DNA from: an uncultured delta proteobacterium
Lineage (GTDB): Bacteria > Myxococcota_A > Polyangia > Fen-1088
Reading direction: 5' to 3'
Length of the DNA stretch: 64,000 nt
Assembly: GCA_963796685.1 (NCBI GenBank)
Contig: CAWCMR010000008.1
Location: 768,001 to 832,000, forward strand
A model generated the notes under the pieces. It saw only the letters and a list, made by a program, of their open reading frames with translations, did no database searches and had not been told where the DNA came from. Positions 40,901-50,478 of the stretch are shown in pieces. Numbering within the stretch: the first letter of the stretch is position 1; the number at the start of each line of letters is the position of its first letter. A program made the translations under genes and the position numbers.

Positions 40901-42536
40901 GGATGGCGTCCACCGGCGGATTGGTCACCTGGGCGAAGAGCTGCTTGAAGTAGCTGAACAGGTTCGGCGAACGATTCGACAGCACGGCCAGGGGTGTATC
41001 GGTGCCCATCGAGCCGATGCCTTCGCCGCCGATCTCGGCCATGGGCGTAAGCAGGCGGAGGTCCTCGGTGGTGTAGCCGAACGTGCGTTGGCTGGTTTCG
41101 AGCGCCACAGGATCGAGCGGCGGCTTGGCCTCTCCCGGCGGAAGCTCGAACAGAAACACGCGCTGCTGGTCCAGCCACTCGATGTACGGGCGCTCCGTCG
41201 AGATCCTTTCCTTGATCTCCTCGTCGGCGATCAGGCGCTTCTCGGAGGTATCGACCAGAAACATCCGGCCGGGTTGAATACGGCCCTTGAAAGCGACCTC
41301 GGCGGGCGGGATGTCGAGCACCCCGGTTTCCGACGCCATGACCACCATGCCGCCCTTGGTGACGGTGTAGCGCAGGGGCCGCAGGCCGTTGCGGTCGAGC
41401 ACGCAGCCGATCTGCACGCCGTCGCTGAAGGCCACCGCGGCCGGGCCGTCCCACGGCTCCATCAGACAAGAGTGGTATTCGTAGAAGGCGCGCTTCTCGG
41501 GGCTCATGGTCTTGTGCTTGTGCCACGGCTCCGGAATCATCATCATCATGGCGTGCGGCAACGAACGGCCGCCCATGACCAGGGTTTCGAGCACGTTGTC
41601 GAACATGGACGAATCGCTGCCCGACTGGTCGACCACGGGATGCAGGTGCTTGATGTCGTCGCCGAAGAGCGGCGAGGCCAGGATGCTCTCGCGCGCGCTC
41701 ATCCAGTTGACGTTGCCGCGCAGGGTGTTGATCTCCCCGTTGTGCGCAATCATGCGGTAGGGGTGCGCACGCGACCAACTGGGGAAGGTGTTGGTGGAAA
41801 AACGCGAGTGGACGAGCGCCAGGGCCGACACCACCGACAAATCCGAGAGATCCGGGAAATACGAATCGAGCTGCTCGGCGGTGAGCATGCCCTTGTAGAC
41901 CACGGTCCTGGCCGAGAGGCTGACCACGTAAAAGAGATCCTTCGCGGGGAGGTCGCTGGCCCGCACCATCTTCTCGGCCGCGCGCCGGACCAGGCACAGC
42001 CTACGCTCGAAGGCCGCCGTGTCGGACACGCCCGCGCCGCGCGCGACGAAGACCTGGCGAATCCGCGGGCGCGAGAGGATCGCGCTTCTGCCGAGGCCGG
42101 TCGGATTGACGGGCACATCTCGCCAGCCGAGCACAGACTGCCCGAGCAGGGTGACCGCTTGCTCGAACAATTGCTCGCAGCGCTCGGACTGCTGGCTATC
42201 CTGGGGCAGGAACACCATGCCCACGCCATACTCCTCGGGTCCCGGCAAGGCGATACCGAGCGCGTCGGTCACGTTGCGCAAAAAGGCATCGGGAATTTGC
42301 AGCAAGATGCCGGCGCCATCGCCGGTGTTCTCTTCGCAGCCGCAGGCACCACGATGAGCCAGGTTTTCCAGCACCTGAATGCCGTTGCGAACGATCCGAT
42401 TCGACTTCCTTCCCTCGACATCGACCACGAGGCCGACGCCGCACGCGTCGTGCTCGTGACCCGGATGGTAAAGACCTTCCGCTTGGGGAGGCGAGAGATG
42501 GGGCTGCTGGCTTCGGAAGTTGTCCTTGTTGCTCAT
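37902..42536 (-). CDS. gltB: glutamate synthase large subunit
   Basis: EHDACGVG N-terminal nucleophile, [41 protein letters not shown]. Confidence 0.98.
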   Translation of the reverse strand: MSNKDNFRSQQPHLSPPQAEGLYHPGHEHDACGVGLVVDVEGRKSNRIVRNGIQVLENLAHRGACGCEENTGDGAGILLQIPDAFLRNVTDALGIALPGPEEYGVGMVFLPQDSQQSERCEQLFEQAVTLLGQSVLGWRDVPVNPTGLGRSAILSRPRIRQVFVARGAGVSDTAAFERRLCLVRRAAEKMVRASDLPAKDLFYVVSLSARTVVYKGMLTAEQLDSYFPDLSDLSVVSALALVHSRFSTNTFPSWSRAHPYRMIAHNGEINTLRGNVNWMSARESILASPLFGDDIKHLHPVVDQSGSDSSMFDNVLETLVMGGRSLPHAMMMMIPEPWHKHKTMSPEKRAFYEYHSCLMEPWDGPAAVAFSDGVQIGCVLDRNGLRPLRYTVTKGGMVVMASETGVLDIPPAEVAFKGRIQPGRMFLVDTSEKRLIADEEIKERISTERPYIEWLDQQRVFLFELPPGEAKPPLDPVALETSQRTFGYTTEDLRLLTPMAEIGGEGIGSMGTDTPLAVLSNRSPNLFSYFKQLFAQVTNPPVDAIREELIMAAGTTIGPERNLFDPQPESAHQIDLQGPVLYNAESEQLRALDGSAKSRGFRSRTLPSLFRAAGGETALREALDDLCAKAAAAVREGCAVVILSDREHSRELAPIPSLLACAAVHHHLLREATRTQTCIVVESGEPREVHDFCLLIGFGASAIDPYLALETVDDLVRQGVVKAKPEKARKNYISSAVKGVVKVISKMGISTVQSYHGAQVFEAIGLRKDVVDRYFTGTASRIGGVGLDVIAEEARRRHARGYPSRPVRRPGLDSGGEYRYRSEGENHLFSPEAIAKLQHAVRTESYDTFKQYALLINDQSKNLNTLRGLMELKSSRKPIAIDEVEPLEDIVKRFKTGAMSYGSISKEAHETLAIAMNRLGGRSNTGEGGEDPERFKLLPSGDSKRSAIKQVASGRFGVTSDYLTNASELQIKMAQGAKPGEGGQLPGKKVYPWIAKVRHSTPGVGLISPPPHHDIYSIEDLAQLIHDLKCANDWARISVKLVAEVGVGTVAAGVAKARADVILISGHDGGTGASPLTSIKHAGGPWELGLAETHQVLLLNDLRSRVAVETDGQLKTGRDVVVAALLGAEEFGFASAPLVSLGCIMMRACHLNTCPAGIATQDPELRERFAGKPEHVVNFMRFVARDVRELLAQLGFRTLAEAVGHTECLELRKAVDHWKAKGVDLSAILHQPKVADSVGRHCTIAQNHGLENELDDSRLIPMCRPALDEKRTVRANLAIRNVNRTVGTRLGSEITRRYGPSGLPEDTIQVHFEGSAGQSFMAFVPRGVTFTLEGDANDYLGKGLSGGKLVVFPPAEATFVVEQNVIVGNVALYGATSGEVYIRGLAGERFAVRNSGANAVVEGVGDHGCEYMTGGRVVILGPTGRNFAAGMSGGMAYVLDENREMRRNCNTEMVGTGPLDDPAEIELVLGMLRRHHELTGSKRAHNVLVSWSLFRPLFVRVIPHDYRRVLEAQNKMLATGMSREEAEMAAFELNSKDAARIYGK

Positions 42537-42669
42537 AGGGATGGTTGCTCGGGCAGGCGAGACGCGCGACCTATCTATATACCTGGTGAGAACCCTAGCG
42601 TCCGGGCCTATCGTCGGCAATTCGCAGCCCATGCAAGGCAAAGAAAGTTTCCCGGCATGAAATGGCTGC

Positions 42670-42745
42670 GAAACAAAGAAGAAACCTATCTTCAACGGCG
42701 ATCGAACGCCGAAACATGAAAGAGCTCCAGTTACCTTAAAACAAC
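42670..42745 (+). promoter_or_regulatory. 11-bp-phased direct repeats, candidate OmpR/GlnR-type operator
   Basis: GAAAC(42670)-N6-GAAAC-N6-TCAAC-N6-CGAAC, plus GTTAC(42730)-N6-ACAAC, in the gltB/regulator divergent region. Confidence 0.5.
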
Positions 42746-42783
42746 TGTTGTTTCTGTTTTGGCTGGGCTATGTTTCGTAACCG

Positions 42784-43480
42784 ATGCGTTCCCTTGTCGT
42801 CACCTCGAGACCACAACTCGGCGCTTCCGAACCCGATTCTTCGGCCGCGGCGCTACGCGAATTGGGATGTGAGGTCGTCACGGTCGGCTACGACCTGGAT
42901 GACCTGCCGGATGACATCGAGCACGTGAGGCCATCCGTCGTCGTGGTGGATGCCGGACCCCACCTCGAGGTGGGCCGAGCTGTGGTCAAGCGCGCCAAGC
43001 AGTCTGCCAACGCTGGCCGACATCCCCATTCTTCTGTGCATCGAGGTCTCGCGCCTGGCCGGTCTCGATCCGGAGCTGGGCATGGACGATTTCATCCTGT
43101 CGCCCATCGTCGGCCCCGAGCTCTACGCGCGCGTGCGCCAGCTCGACTGGCGACTGTCCTCGTTTTCCGCCGCGGGACGAATCAAGCTTGGCGATCTGGT
43201 CATCGACACGGTGGCTGTCGAGGCCACCTTTCGCGGTCGCGTGCTGAAGCTGCCGCGCCAGGAATTCCAACTGCTCAAGTTCCTGGCCTCTGGCACCGGC
43301 CGCGTCTTCACCCGCGAGCAACTGCTCTCCCGCGTCTGGGGCTACCGCTACACGGGGAACACGCGCACCGTCGACATTCACGTGCGCAGGCTGCGCGCCA
43401 AGCTGGGCACGGGTGCCGAGATGATCGAAACGGTTCGCCACGTCGGCTACAAGATGAAGTCGCCGGCCACCACGCCCTAG
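42784..43480 (+). pseudogene. OmpR-family (GlnR-like) response regulator with a +1 frameshift at ~43003
   Basis: Atypical receiver plus wHTH EFQLLKFL..GRVFTREQLL..VWGY..TRTVDIHVRRLRAKLG; deleting T43003 joins the two halves; may be a sequencing error. Confidence 0.8.
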
Positions 43481-43491
43481 ACACGCCGGCC

Positions 43492-44388
43492 ATGGTTCGA
43501 TCGTCGCGAACGCGCAAGCTTCGGGTCGCCTTCCAGGGCGAACGCGGCGCGTTCTCCGAGGAGGCCGGGCGACGCATCTTGGGCGACGCCATCGAGCCCC
43601 ATCCCAAGCGCGAGTTCGATCAGATGTTCGAGTCCGTGATTCGCGACGAAGCCGACTGCGCGGTGGTGCCGATCGAGAACACCCTGGCCGGCTCGGTCAT
43701 CAAGAACTACGACCTGTTGGTGGAGAACGACCTCGAAATCATCGGCGAGGTCGTGTTGCGGGTGGCGCACAACCTCATCGCGCCCAAGGGCACCAAGCTC
43801 GCCTCGCTGCGAAGGATCTACTCGCACCCGGTGGCCCTGGCCCAATGCGAGGACTACTTGCGCAAGTTGCGCGCCAACACCCCCGCCCTCGAGGTCCTGC
43901 CCGCCTATGACACCGCGGGCGCGGTGAAGATGGTCGTGGAGAATGGCCGTCGCGACGAGGCCGCCATCGCCAGTCGCATCGCCGCGGCGACCTACCACGC
44001 GCAGATTTTGGCCGAGGGCATCGAAAGCAACCCGCAGAACTTCACCCGCTTCTTCGTCATGGCGCGGCCCGACCGCCGCGGGCTCATTCGTCTCAAACGA
44101 CGCAAGAGCGACAGGGGCGGGTCACGGGCGCTCAAGACCAGCATCGTCTTTCGCACCACCAACAAGCCAGGGGCGCTCTTCCATGCTCTCGAGGCCTTCG
44201 CCAAGAGCAAGATCGACCTGACCAAGATCGAGTCGCGCCCCATCGTGGGCCGGCCGTGGGAGTATTCCTTCTATCTGGATTTTCTCGGCGACCGCAACAC
44301 GCCGGCCGCGCGCCGCGCCCTGGCCAGCCTGACCCACGTGGCCGAAAGCCTGCGCATCTTCGGCACCTACCCACGCGCCGAGCAATAG
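43492..44388 (+). CDS. pheA: prephenate dehydratase (PDT plus ACT)
   Basis: FQGERGAFSE, PIEN, SHP.AL.QC, intact NFTRF, LTKIESRP. Confidence 0.92.
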   Translation: MVRSSRTRKLRVAFQGERGAFSEEAGRRILGDAIEPHPKREFDQMFESVIRDEADCAVVPIENTLAGSVIKNYDLLVENDLEIIGEVVLRVAHNLIAPKGTKLASLRRIYSHPVALAQCEDYLRKLRANTPALEVLPAYDTAGAVKMVVENGRRDEAAIASRIAAATYHAQILAEGIESNPQNFTRFFVMARPDRRGLIRLKRRKSDRGGSRALKTSIVFRTTNKPGALFHALEAFAKSKIDLTKIESRPIVGRPWEYSFYLDFLGDRNTPAARRALASLTHVAESLRIFGTYPRAEQ

Positions 44389-44440
44389 CCCCACAAGCAA
44401 ACCTTGACCTTGGCCGGGGCTGCGCGGAAGCATTGTCTTC

Positions 44441-45367
44441 ATGTTGACGATCGACTTGCGCGGGAAACGCGCCCTGGTTGCCGGTGTGGCCGACGACGCG
44501 GGGTTTGGCTTCGCCATCGCCAAAGCCCTGGCCGAGGCCGGGGCCTCGGTGTGCATCGGCACGTGGCCGCCAGCGCTGGGGGTCTTTCGGACCATGCTGG
44601 ATCGTGGAAAGCTCGATCGCGCTCTGGCGCTCGCCGATGGCGGCAAGCTTTCCTTCGAGCGCATCTATCCCCTCGACGCCGACTACGACACCGCCACCGA
44701 TGTCCCCGCGGAGGTGCAGTCGAACAAGCGCTACCGCGACCAGGGCGATGTGAGCATTCAGGGGCTGGCCGATCGATTGGCCGCGGATTTCGGCGGTTCG
44801 TGCCTCGACATCGTGGTGCACAGCTTGGCCAACGCCCCTGAGGTAAAGAAACCGCTGCTCGAAACCACCCGGCGAGGCTACCTGGCCGCCGTCGGCACCA
44901 GCTCTTACTCGTTTACTTCCATGCTGGCCAGGCTCGGGCCGCTGACACGGCAAGGGGGAGCGTTCCTCGCCCTCTCCTATCTCGCGGCCGAGCGCGTCGT
45001 GCCTGGCTATGGCGGCGGCATGTCCTCAGCCAAGGCCGCGCTCGAAAGCGACATGAGAACGCTCTCGTTCGAAGCCGGTCGCAAATGGGAGATACGTGTC
45101 AATGCCATCTCCGCCGGCCCCATGCCTTCCCGCGCCGCCAGTGCCATCGGCGACATCGAGTCCATGATCGAACATTGCAGCGCATCTTCACCGCTGGCAC
45201 AGGCAATTTCTGCCGCCGAGGTCGCGGTTGCGGCGTCCTTTCTTTCGAGCCCCTTGGCGTCCGGAATCACCGGAACAACGCTCTACGTCGACAAGGGATA
45301 TCACGCGATGGGTCTATCCGGGTCAGCGCTCCCCCACATGTCGGCCCCTGTGAGGAGGGCTCCCTAA
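44441..45367 (+). CDS. fabI: enoyl-ACP reductase (chlamydial/plastid-type FabI)
   Basis: GVADDAGFG, GTWPP, HSLANAPEV, YGGGMSSAK, SAGP..SRA. Confidence 0.9.
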   Translation: MLTIDLRGKRALVAGVADDAGFGFAIAKALAEAGASVCIGTWPPALGVFRTMLDRGKLDRALALADGGKLSFERIYPLDADYDTATDVPAEVQSNKRYRDQGDVSIQGLADRLAADFGGSCLDIVVHSLANAPEVKKPLLETTRRGYLAAVGTSSYSFTSMLARLGPLTRQGGAFLALSYLAAERVVPGYGGGMSSAKAALESDMRTLSFEAGRKWEIRVNAISAGPMPSRAASAIGDIESMIEHCSASSPLAQAISAAEVAVAASFLSSPLASGITGTTLYVDKGYHAMGLSGSALPHMSAPVRRAP

Positions 45368-45405
45368 TTTCAACATAAGGCGTATAGTGTGCGCAGGGAT
45401 CGTCC

Positions 45406-47061
45406 TTGCGCTCGTTGCCATGCCATTTCGGAATTCTGGCCACGCTTGTGGCGACCAACTCCGCGCTCGCGGGTGGCACGCGATCGACCGAGCCGGCTGC
45501 CGTCAACGAAACAGCGGTCGACCGCATGATCGACCTCAATCGCAAAGCCTTTGCGGACATCCAAGAGCAGCACTTCCAGGCCGCCAAGTACCGGCTGACC
45601 GAGGCGCTGGTAATCAGTGAAACCGCGGGGCTTGAAGCCGACGAGATGACCGCACGGACGTACGTTCACATGGCGGCAGTGTACCTCACCGGGCTCAAGG
45701 ATCGCGAGGAAGCCATCCAGCAGTTCACGCTGGCGCTGCGGATCAACCCCAACATCTTCATCACCCCGGGATTGGAATCGCCCGCGCTGAAGTCCGCCTA
45801 CCTGCAAGCCCGCGAGCAGATGGGCCTGCCGCCCGAGCCGGATACGACAGCTCCCCTTTCTCCGCACGGGCCACCCGCGCCACCTGCGTCGCCTGCGCCG
45901 CCCGTGCCCGCATCCGAGGCCGGCACGACCAGCCCGCAAACCGGCGCCAAGCAGCCCGCCGACGACGCGAAGGCGCAGGAGTGGGCCCAGGAACCGGATC
46001 TACCGGCGCGTGTTCCCACCCCGCTCTACTGTCAGCTGCCCTTCGATACCCCGCCAGGGCAGGACGTGGTGGTGCGCTGCCTGACGCAAAAACAGCACCG
46101 AAAATCCAGCGCCACCTTTCACTATCGACCACACGGCAGCGAAGCCGAGTTCGTCGGCATCCCCATGGAGCGCAGCCCCAAGGGATGGTTGTCGATCGTC
46201 GTGCCCGGGCGGGCGATTCGAGGCAAGTCGCTTTCCTATTACGTGGAGGCGGAAGTTCCCGACTCGCCCAGTGCGCTCTTTCTTGGCCATCCCGAGGCCC
46301 CCAACGAGCTCATCATCAGGAACCCGACGGCTCCTGACAGCAGCGAAGACGCCGTCGAAGAGCCCGCCCCATCCGCCTCCGGCATATACATCCCGCGCCC
46401 ATCGCGCCCGCGCGCGCCTGGCTCGATCTGGTTCGCGTTGGGGGTGGGGACCGGCGCGGCCTATCACGGTCGCGAGCCCGTCGACAGTGGTGCGAAGATC
46501 ACCGACACCAGCACGACCGTGCGCACCCGATCCGGCTTTTCGCCCACGACCCTGTTCCAGATTGAGCCGGAGATCGGCTACCAACTCAGCAGACGGTTTT
46601 CGATTTCGCTCTTGGGCAGGTACCAGTACGCGCCGAAGGACCCTGAAGGATACCAACCACGCCCGAACGAAAATGCCGTGCTCACCACCGCGTACGCAGG
46701 CTTTCTGCGCGGCCAATTCGCCTTCTTGAGTCGGGGCGGGCTGCAAACCTACGTGTCTGGCGGCGCCGGGCTCGGCACCAGCTTCCTGGCCATCGTGAGC
46801 AAGCAGTGCGGTTCGGGTCTTTGCAGCCTCGACCACAGCGATACGCTGCACGGGGGCGCCGTGGGACTGACCGCCGGGGTGGGTGCCATCTACCACTTCA
46901 GCCCCAGGTTCGGGGTCTTTCTCGATGTCAAGGAGATCGCCACGCTGCCCAAGCTCATGGCGGACACCGAGGTCAACGTGGGCGTGGCCTTCGCGCACCG
47001 ATTCCTGGGCGCGGAGGGTGCAAAGAACACGGCTTCCACTGGCCGGGCTTCCTGGCGATAG
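45406..47061 (+). CDS. secreted protein with TPR-like N-terminus and beta-rich C-terminus
   Basis: Signal peptide, helical repeat ending ALRINP, Pro-rich linkers, amphipathic beta strands. Confidence 0.65.
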   Translation: MRSLPCHFGILATLVATNSALAGGTRSTEPAAVNETAVDRMIDLNRKAFADIQEQHFQAAKYRLTEALVISETAGLEADEMTARTYVHMAAVYLTGLKDREEAIQQFTLALRINPNIFITPGLESPALKSAYLQAREQMGLPPEPDTTAPLSPHGPPAPPASPAPPVPASEAGTTSPQTGAKQPADDAKAQEWAQEPDLPARVPTPLYCQLPFDTPPGQDVVVRCLTQKQHRKSSATFHYRPHGSEAEFVGIPMERSPKGWLSIVVPGRAIRGKSLSYYVEAEVPDSPSALFLGHPEAPNELIIRNPTAPDSSEDAVEEPAPSASGIYIPRPSRPRAPGSIWFALGVGTGAAYHGREPVDSGAKITDTSTTVRTRSGFSPTTLFQIEPEIGYQLSRRFSISLLGRYQYAPKDPEGYQPRPNENAVLTTAYAGFLRGQFAFLSRGGLQTYVSGGAGLGTSFLAIVSKQCGSGLCSLDHSDTLHGGAVGLTAGVGAIYHFSPRFGVFLDVKEIATLPKLMADTEVNVGVAFAHRFLGAEGAKNTASTGRASWR

Positions 47062-47069
47062 TAGGCGCC

Positions 47070-48140
47070 GTGGATCCACTTCCGTTCGTTCGCGACCAGG
47101 TTCTGGGGCATTTCCCGGGATGGGAAGGCGCCACGGTCGCCCCTTTGGGTAGCGGCCTCATCAACCAAACCTTCCTCGTCACCTCCGTCCCCGCGAGCGA
47201 CGCGGGCCCTCGGCGCGCCGTTCTGCAACGCCTGGCCCCGATCTTCTCACCCACCATCAACGAGAACATCGCGGCCGTGACCTCGACGCTCGCGGCGGCG
47301 GGGCTCGCGACGCCGCGCCTCCTGCCAACCCGCGAGAAGCGCCTTTGGCTGGACCTCGGCGGCGAGAATGGCACTTGGAGGTTGCAGACCTTCATCCCCG
47401 GCACGTCCTTCGACAAGGTGCAAAGCCCGGCCCAGGCGTACCAGGCGGGCGCGCTGGTGGCGCGCTTCCATCGCGCCATCGACGGCCTGACACACGATTT
47501 TCGCGGCCTGCGCGAAGGCGTGCACGACACGGCGAAGCACTTGGCCCGCCTGCGCGAGGCCCTGTCCGTCCACGAGGCTCATCGACTGATGGCGAGGGTC
47601 GAGCCCGTGGCCGAGGCCATTTTGACCCGCGCGCAGGGGTTGGAGCCCCTGCCGGCGCTGGCCCCGCGACTGTGCCACGGCGATCTCAAGCTGAACAACA
47701 TTCTCTTCAAGGGCGACGAGCCGCCAGCTTCGGAGGAGGCTCTCTGTCTCATCAATCTCGACACCGTCGGCCCCATGCCGCTCGCCTACGAGCTCGGCGA
47801 TGCCTGGCGCTCGTGGTGCAACGCAAGCGGCGAGAACGACACGGTCGCGCGCATCAACATGGCGGTGTTTCGCGCGTCCTTCGCGGGCTATACCTCGAGC
47901 ATCGGGCGGGAGCTGAACGAAGCCGAGCGCCGCGCGCTTCTTCTTGGTGTCGAATGGATCAGCTTGGAGCTGGCGAGCCGCTTCGCGGCCGATGCCCTCT
48001 TCGAAAGCTACTTCGGCTGGAACGCAAAGCGCTTCCCGAGTCGCGGCGAGCACAACCTGGTTCGCGCTCGCGGCCAGCTGTCCTTGCACGAAGCCTTCTT
48101 GGCCACTCGCAACGAGCGCGCCGCGATCCTCGGGTTGTAG
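47070..48140 (+). CDS. aminoglycoside phosphotransferase/choline kinase-like protein
   Basis: GSGLINQT, HGDLKLNNILF; INLDT where IDLDT is expected. Confidence 0.8.
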   Translation: MDPLPFVRDQVLGHFPGWEGATVAPLGSGLINQTFLVTSVPASDAGPRRAVLQRLAPIFSPTINENIAAVTSTLAAAGLATPRLLPTREKRLWLDLGGENGTWRLQTFIPGTSFDKVQSPAQAYQAGALVARFHRAIDGLTHDFRGLREGVHDTAKHLARLREALSVHEAHRLMARVEPVAEAILTRAQGLEPLPALAPRLCHGDLKLNNILFKGDEPPASEEALCLINLDTVGPMPLAYELGDAWRSWCNASGENDTVARINMAVFRASFAGYTSSIGRELNEAERRALLLGVEWISLELASRFAADALFESYFGWNAKRFPSRGEHNLVRARGQLSLHEAFLATRNERAAILGL

Positions 48141-48178
48141 AAGCCACCGTCCGTGCGACGAGAGAGGGAGGCAGACAA

Positions 48179-48294
48179 TTCACCACAGAGGCACGGAGAT
48201 CACAGAGTCCGGACAAGTGCGGAAGGGTTCGGATCCGGATCCGAACTATCCCCAACTCCTCCGCTCTCTGTGCTCTCTGTGCCTCTGTGGTGAA
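48179..48294. repeat. CACAGAG-type palindromic intergenic repeat
   Basis: TTCACCACAGAGGCAC...GTGCCTCTGTGGTGAA perfect 16-bp inverted repeat, internal GTTCGGATCCGGATCCGAAC palindrome, between convergent genes. Confidence 0.75.
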
Positions 48295-48314
48295 CGTCTT
48301 CCTTCCCTCGCCGG

Positions 48315-50351
48315 CTACACCCGCACGCGGGCGAGGCCGTCCATGAGCGACGCGAACTCGGGATAGGTCAGGCTCTGGTCGCCGTCGGAGAGTGCCTTGT
48401 CGGGGTCGGGATGGACCTCGATGCACACGCCGTGCGCGCCGCACGCGCGCGCGGCCCACGCCATCGGCGCCACGTACGGGCGACGGCCGGTGCCGTGGCT
48501 GGGATCCACGACGATGGGCAAATGGGTGCGCTCGCGCAACACCACCACCGCCGACAGATCGAGTGTGTTGCGGGTGGCGCTCTCGAAGGTCCGGATGCCG
48601 CGCTCGCACAGCACCACCTGGCCATTGCCCTGGGCCAGGATGTACTCGGCGGCGGCCAGCCATTCCTCGATGGTGCTCGACATGCCACGCTTGAGAAGGA
48701 CCGGTCGGTCGACCTTGCCCACGGCGTTGAGCAGCGCGAAGTTCTGCATGTTGCGTGCGCCGATCTGAAGCATGTCGGATTTCTCGGCCACCGGGCGCAC
48801 CTGCTCGGGCGACATGACCTCGGTCACGATGGGCAGGCCCGCCGCCTTGCCGGCCGCGGCCAACATGTCGAGCCCTTCGAGACCAAGCCCCTGAAAGGCG
48901 TAGGGGCCCGTGCGCGGTTTGAAAACCCCGCCGCGCAACATGTGGGCGCCCTTGTCGCGCACGTAAAGAGCGGTCCTTTCGATCATCTCGGCCGACTCGA
49001 CCGAGCACGGTCCGGCCATGACCACGAAGCCTTCGCCGCCGATGAGCAGGTCGCCCACGCGCACGATGGTGTCCTGGGAGCGCGTGGCCCGGTCGGCCAG
49101 CTTGTAGTGTTTCGAGGCGCGCACGGCGACCTTCGCGGGAGCCGCTGGTGGCGAGACCTCGACCGGCGAGGCTTCGCTGGCTGGCTTGATTTCCGAAGCC
49201 TGCGCCACCTGGGGAGTGGCCTTGGCCGGGTAGCAGCCGAGCACCTTGAGATAGAGCGCTTCGGTGCGCAGGGCTTCGAGGGCGGTGGCCACGCGCGGCT
49301 CGACCACGTTGCCCTCGAAATCGACGAAGAACATGTATTCCCAAGGCCGGTTGGGACGCGGCCTCGACTCCAACTTGGTCAGGGACAATCCGTATTCGCC
49401 GAGCACCTGCAGGCAACGCAGAAGCGCCCCCTTCTCGTGTCGGGTAGACAGGATGAGGCTGGTCTTGCACGACACGCGTTCGTCGACAGGCAGGGGCGCG
49501 CGAGCCAGCGCCACGTAGCGCATGAGGATCTCGTCCTGGTTGCCGATCTCGCTGCGTAGGATGACCAGGCCATGGGCGCGCGCGGCCTCGGGCGAGCCGA
49601 CGGCCGCCAGAGTGGGATCCTTGGCTTCGGCCACCGCACGCATGGCATCGCGCGAGTCCGCGAAGGGCGCAGTCTGCACCTGCGGCAGACCGTCGATGAA
49701 GGCGGAACACTGTTCGAGCGCGAGCGGGTGGGAAAGGATTCGGCGCAGGGCCGGCAGCGGCACGTCGGCGACGGCGGCCAGGCACAATTCGATGCGAAAC
49801 GAATCCTCGCCCACGATGTGCAATTCGCGTTCGCGAAGCACGTCGTAGACCTGATTCACGCTGCCGGCGACGGTGTTCTCGATGGGTAGGAAAGCCAGGT
49901 CGACCTGGCCCGCGGCGAGCTGCTCGATGACCTGGGTGAGCGAGGCCAGCCCCACGAAGTGCCCGGTGAGCCCCCGACTGGCGACATACTGCTCGGCCGC
50001 CAGTTGATTGTAGGTGAGCGGTTGCCCCTGGTAGGCCACGGTGATGTGGCTGCGCTCGGCATCGACCAGCGACGCCACCTGACGGCTGACCGAGTAGTCG
50101 ATGACCTCGGAAAAGATCTTGCGCGTGAGCGGCCCCGAGATGCCGAGCGAATTGGCCAGGGCCTCGACCCGCGCCAGGACCTCGCGTTCGCGTCCGGGAT
50201 CGCGGATCTGGGTCGAGTGCTCGGCCTTGGCCTTGGCAATGAGCCCCACAGTCTCCAGCCGGCGCGCGAGCAAACGAACAATCTCGTCGTCGGTCTTGTC
50301 GAGTTGCTGGCGAAGCTCGGCGATGGGCGTTGTCGGCGAATCAGTGCTCAT
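48315..50351 (-). CDS. fusion: chorismate mutase (AroQ) - PDT-like - ACT - type I-beta DAHP synthase
   Basis: AroQ LR..LD..D..LL..R..K..RD..RE; PIEN; ESRP; DAHP synthase [33 protein letters not shown]. Confidence 0.9.
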   Translation of the reverse strand: MSTDSPTTPIAELRQQLDKTDDEIVRLLARRLETVGLIAKAKAEHSTQIRDPGREREVLARVEALANSLGISGPLTRKIFSEVIDYSVSRQVASLVDAERSHITVAYQGQPLTYNQLAAEQYVASRGLTGHFVGLASLTQVIEQLAAGQVDLAFLPIENTVAGSVNQVYDVLRERELHIVGEDSFRIELCLAAVADVPLPALRRILSHPLALEQCSAFIDGLPQVQTAPFADSRDAMRAVAEAKDPTLAAVGSPEAARAHGLVILRSEIGNQDEILMRYVALARAPLPVDERVSCKTSLILSTRHEKGALLRCLQVLGEYGLSLTKLESRPRPNRPWEYMFFVDFEGNVVEPRVATALEALRTEALYLKVLGCYPAKATPQVAQASEIKPASEASPVEVSPPAAPAKVAVRASKHYKLADRATRSQDTIVRVGDLLIGGEGFVVMAGPCSVESAEMIERTALYVRDKGAHMLRGGVFKPRTGPYAFQGLGLEGLDMLAAAGKAAGLPIVTEVMSPEQVRPVAEKSDMLQIGARNMQNFALLNAVGKVDRPVLLKRGMSSTIEEWLAAAEYILAQGNGQVVLCERGIRTFESATRNTLDLSAVVVLRERTHLPIVVDPSHGTGRRPYVAPMAWAARACGAHGVCIEVHPDPDKALSDGDQSLTYPEFASLMDGLARVRV

Positions 50352-50372
50352 AGGGGTCGCTCATTCTAGCCT

Positions 50373-50454
50373 AGGAGAGCACAGAGGTCATGGAGTTCAC
50401 GGAGAGATGCCGCGCGTCCAGCTCTGTGCTCTCTCCTTCCTCTGTGCGCTCTCC
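50373..50454. repeat. second, degenerate CACAGAG-type inverted repeat
   Basis: aggagagcacagagg...cctctgtgcgctctcct, related to the 48179-48294 element. Confidence 0.6.
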
Positions 50455-50478
50455 TTCACTGGTGTATGCTGCGCCACC

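Noticed and set aside
39612-42719. 1035-aa antisense ORF, and similar long shadow ORFs (e.g. 7646-9484, 57791-59680)
   Set aside because: Antisense to well-supported genes; expected from high-GC codon bias; no recognisable motifs.
42784-44388. 534-aa ORF looking like a receiver-PDT fusion
   Set aside because: The middle is out-of-frame text of the wHTH regulator; one extra base at ~43003 explains it, and pheA has its own ATG at 43492.
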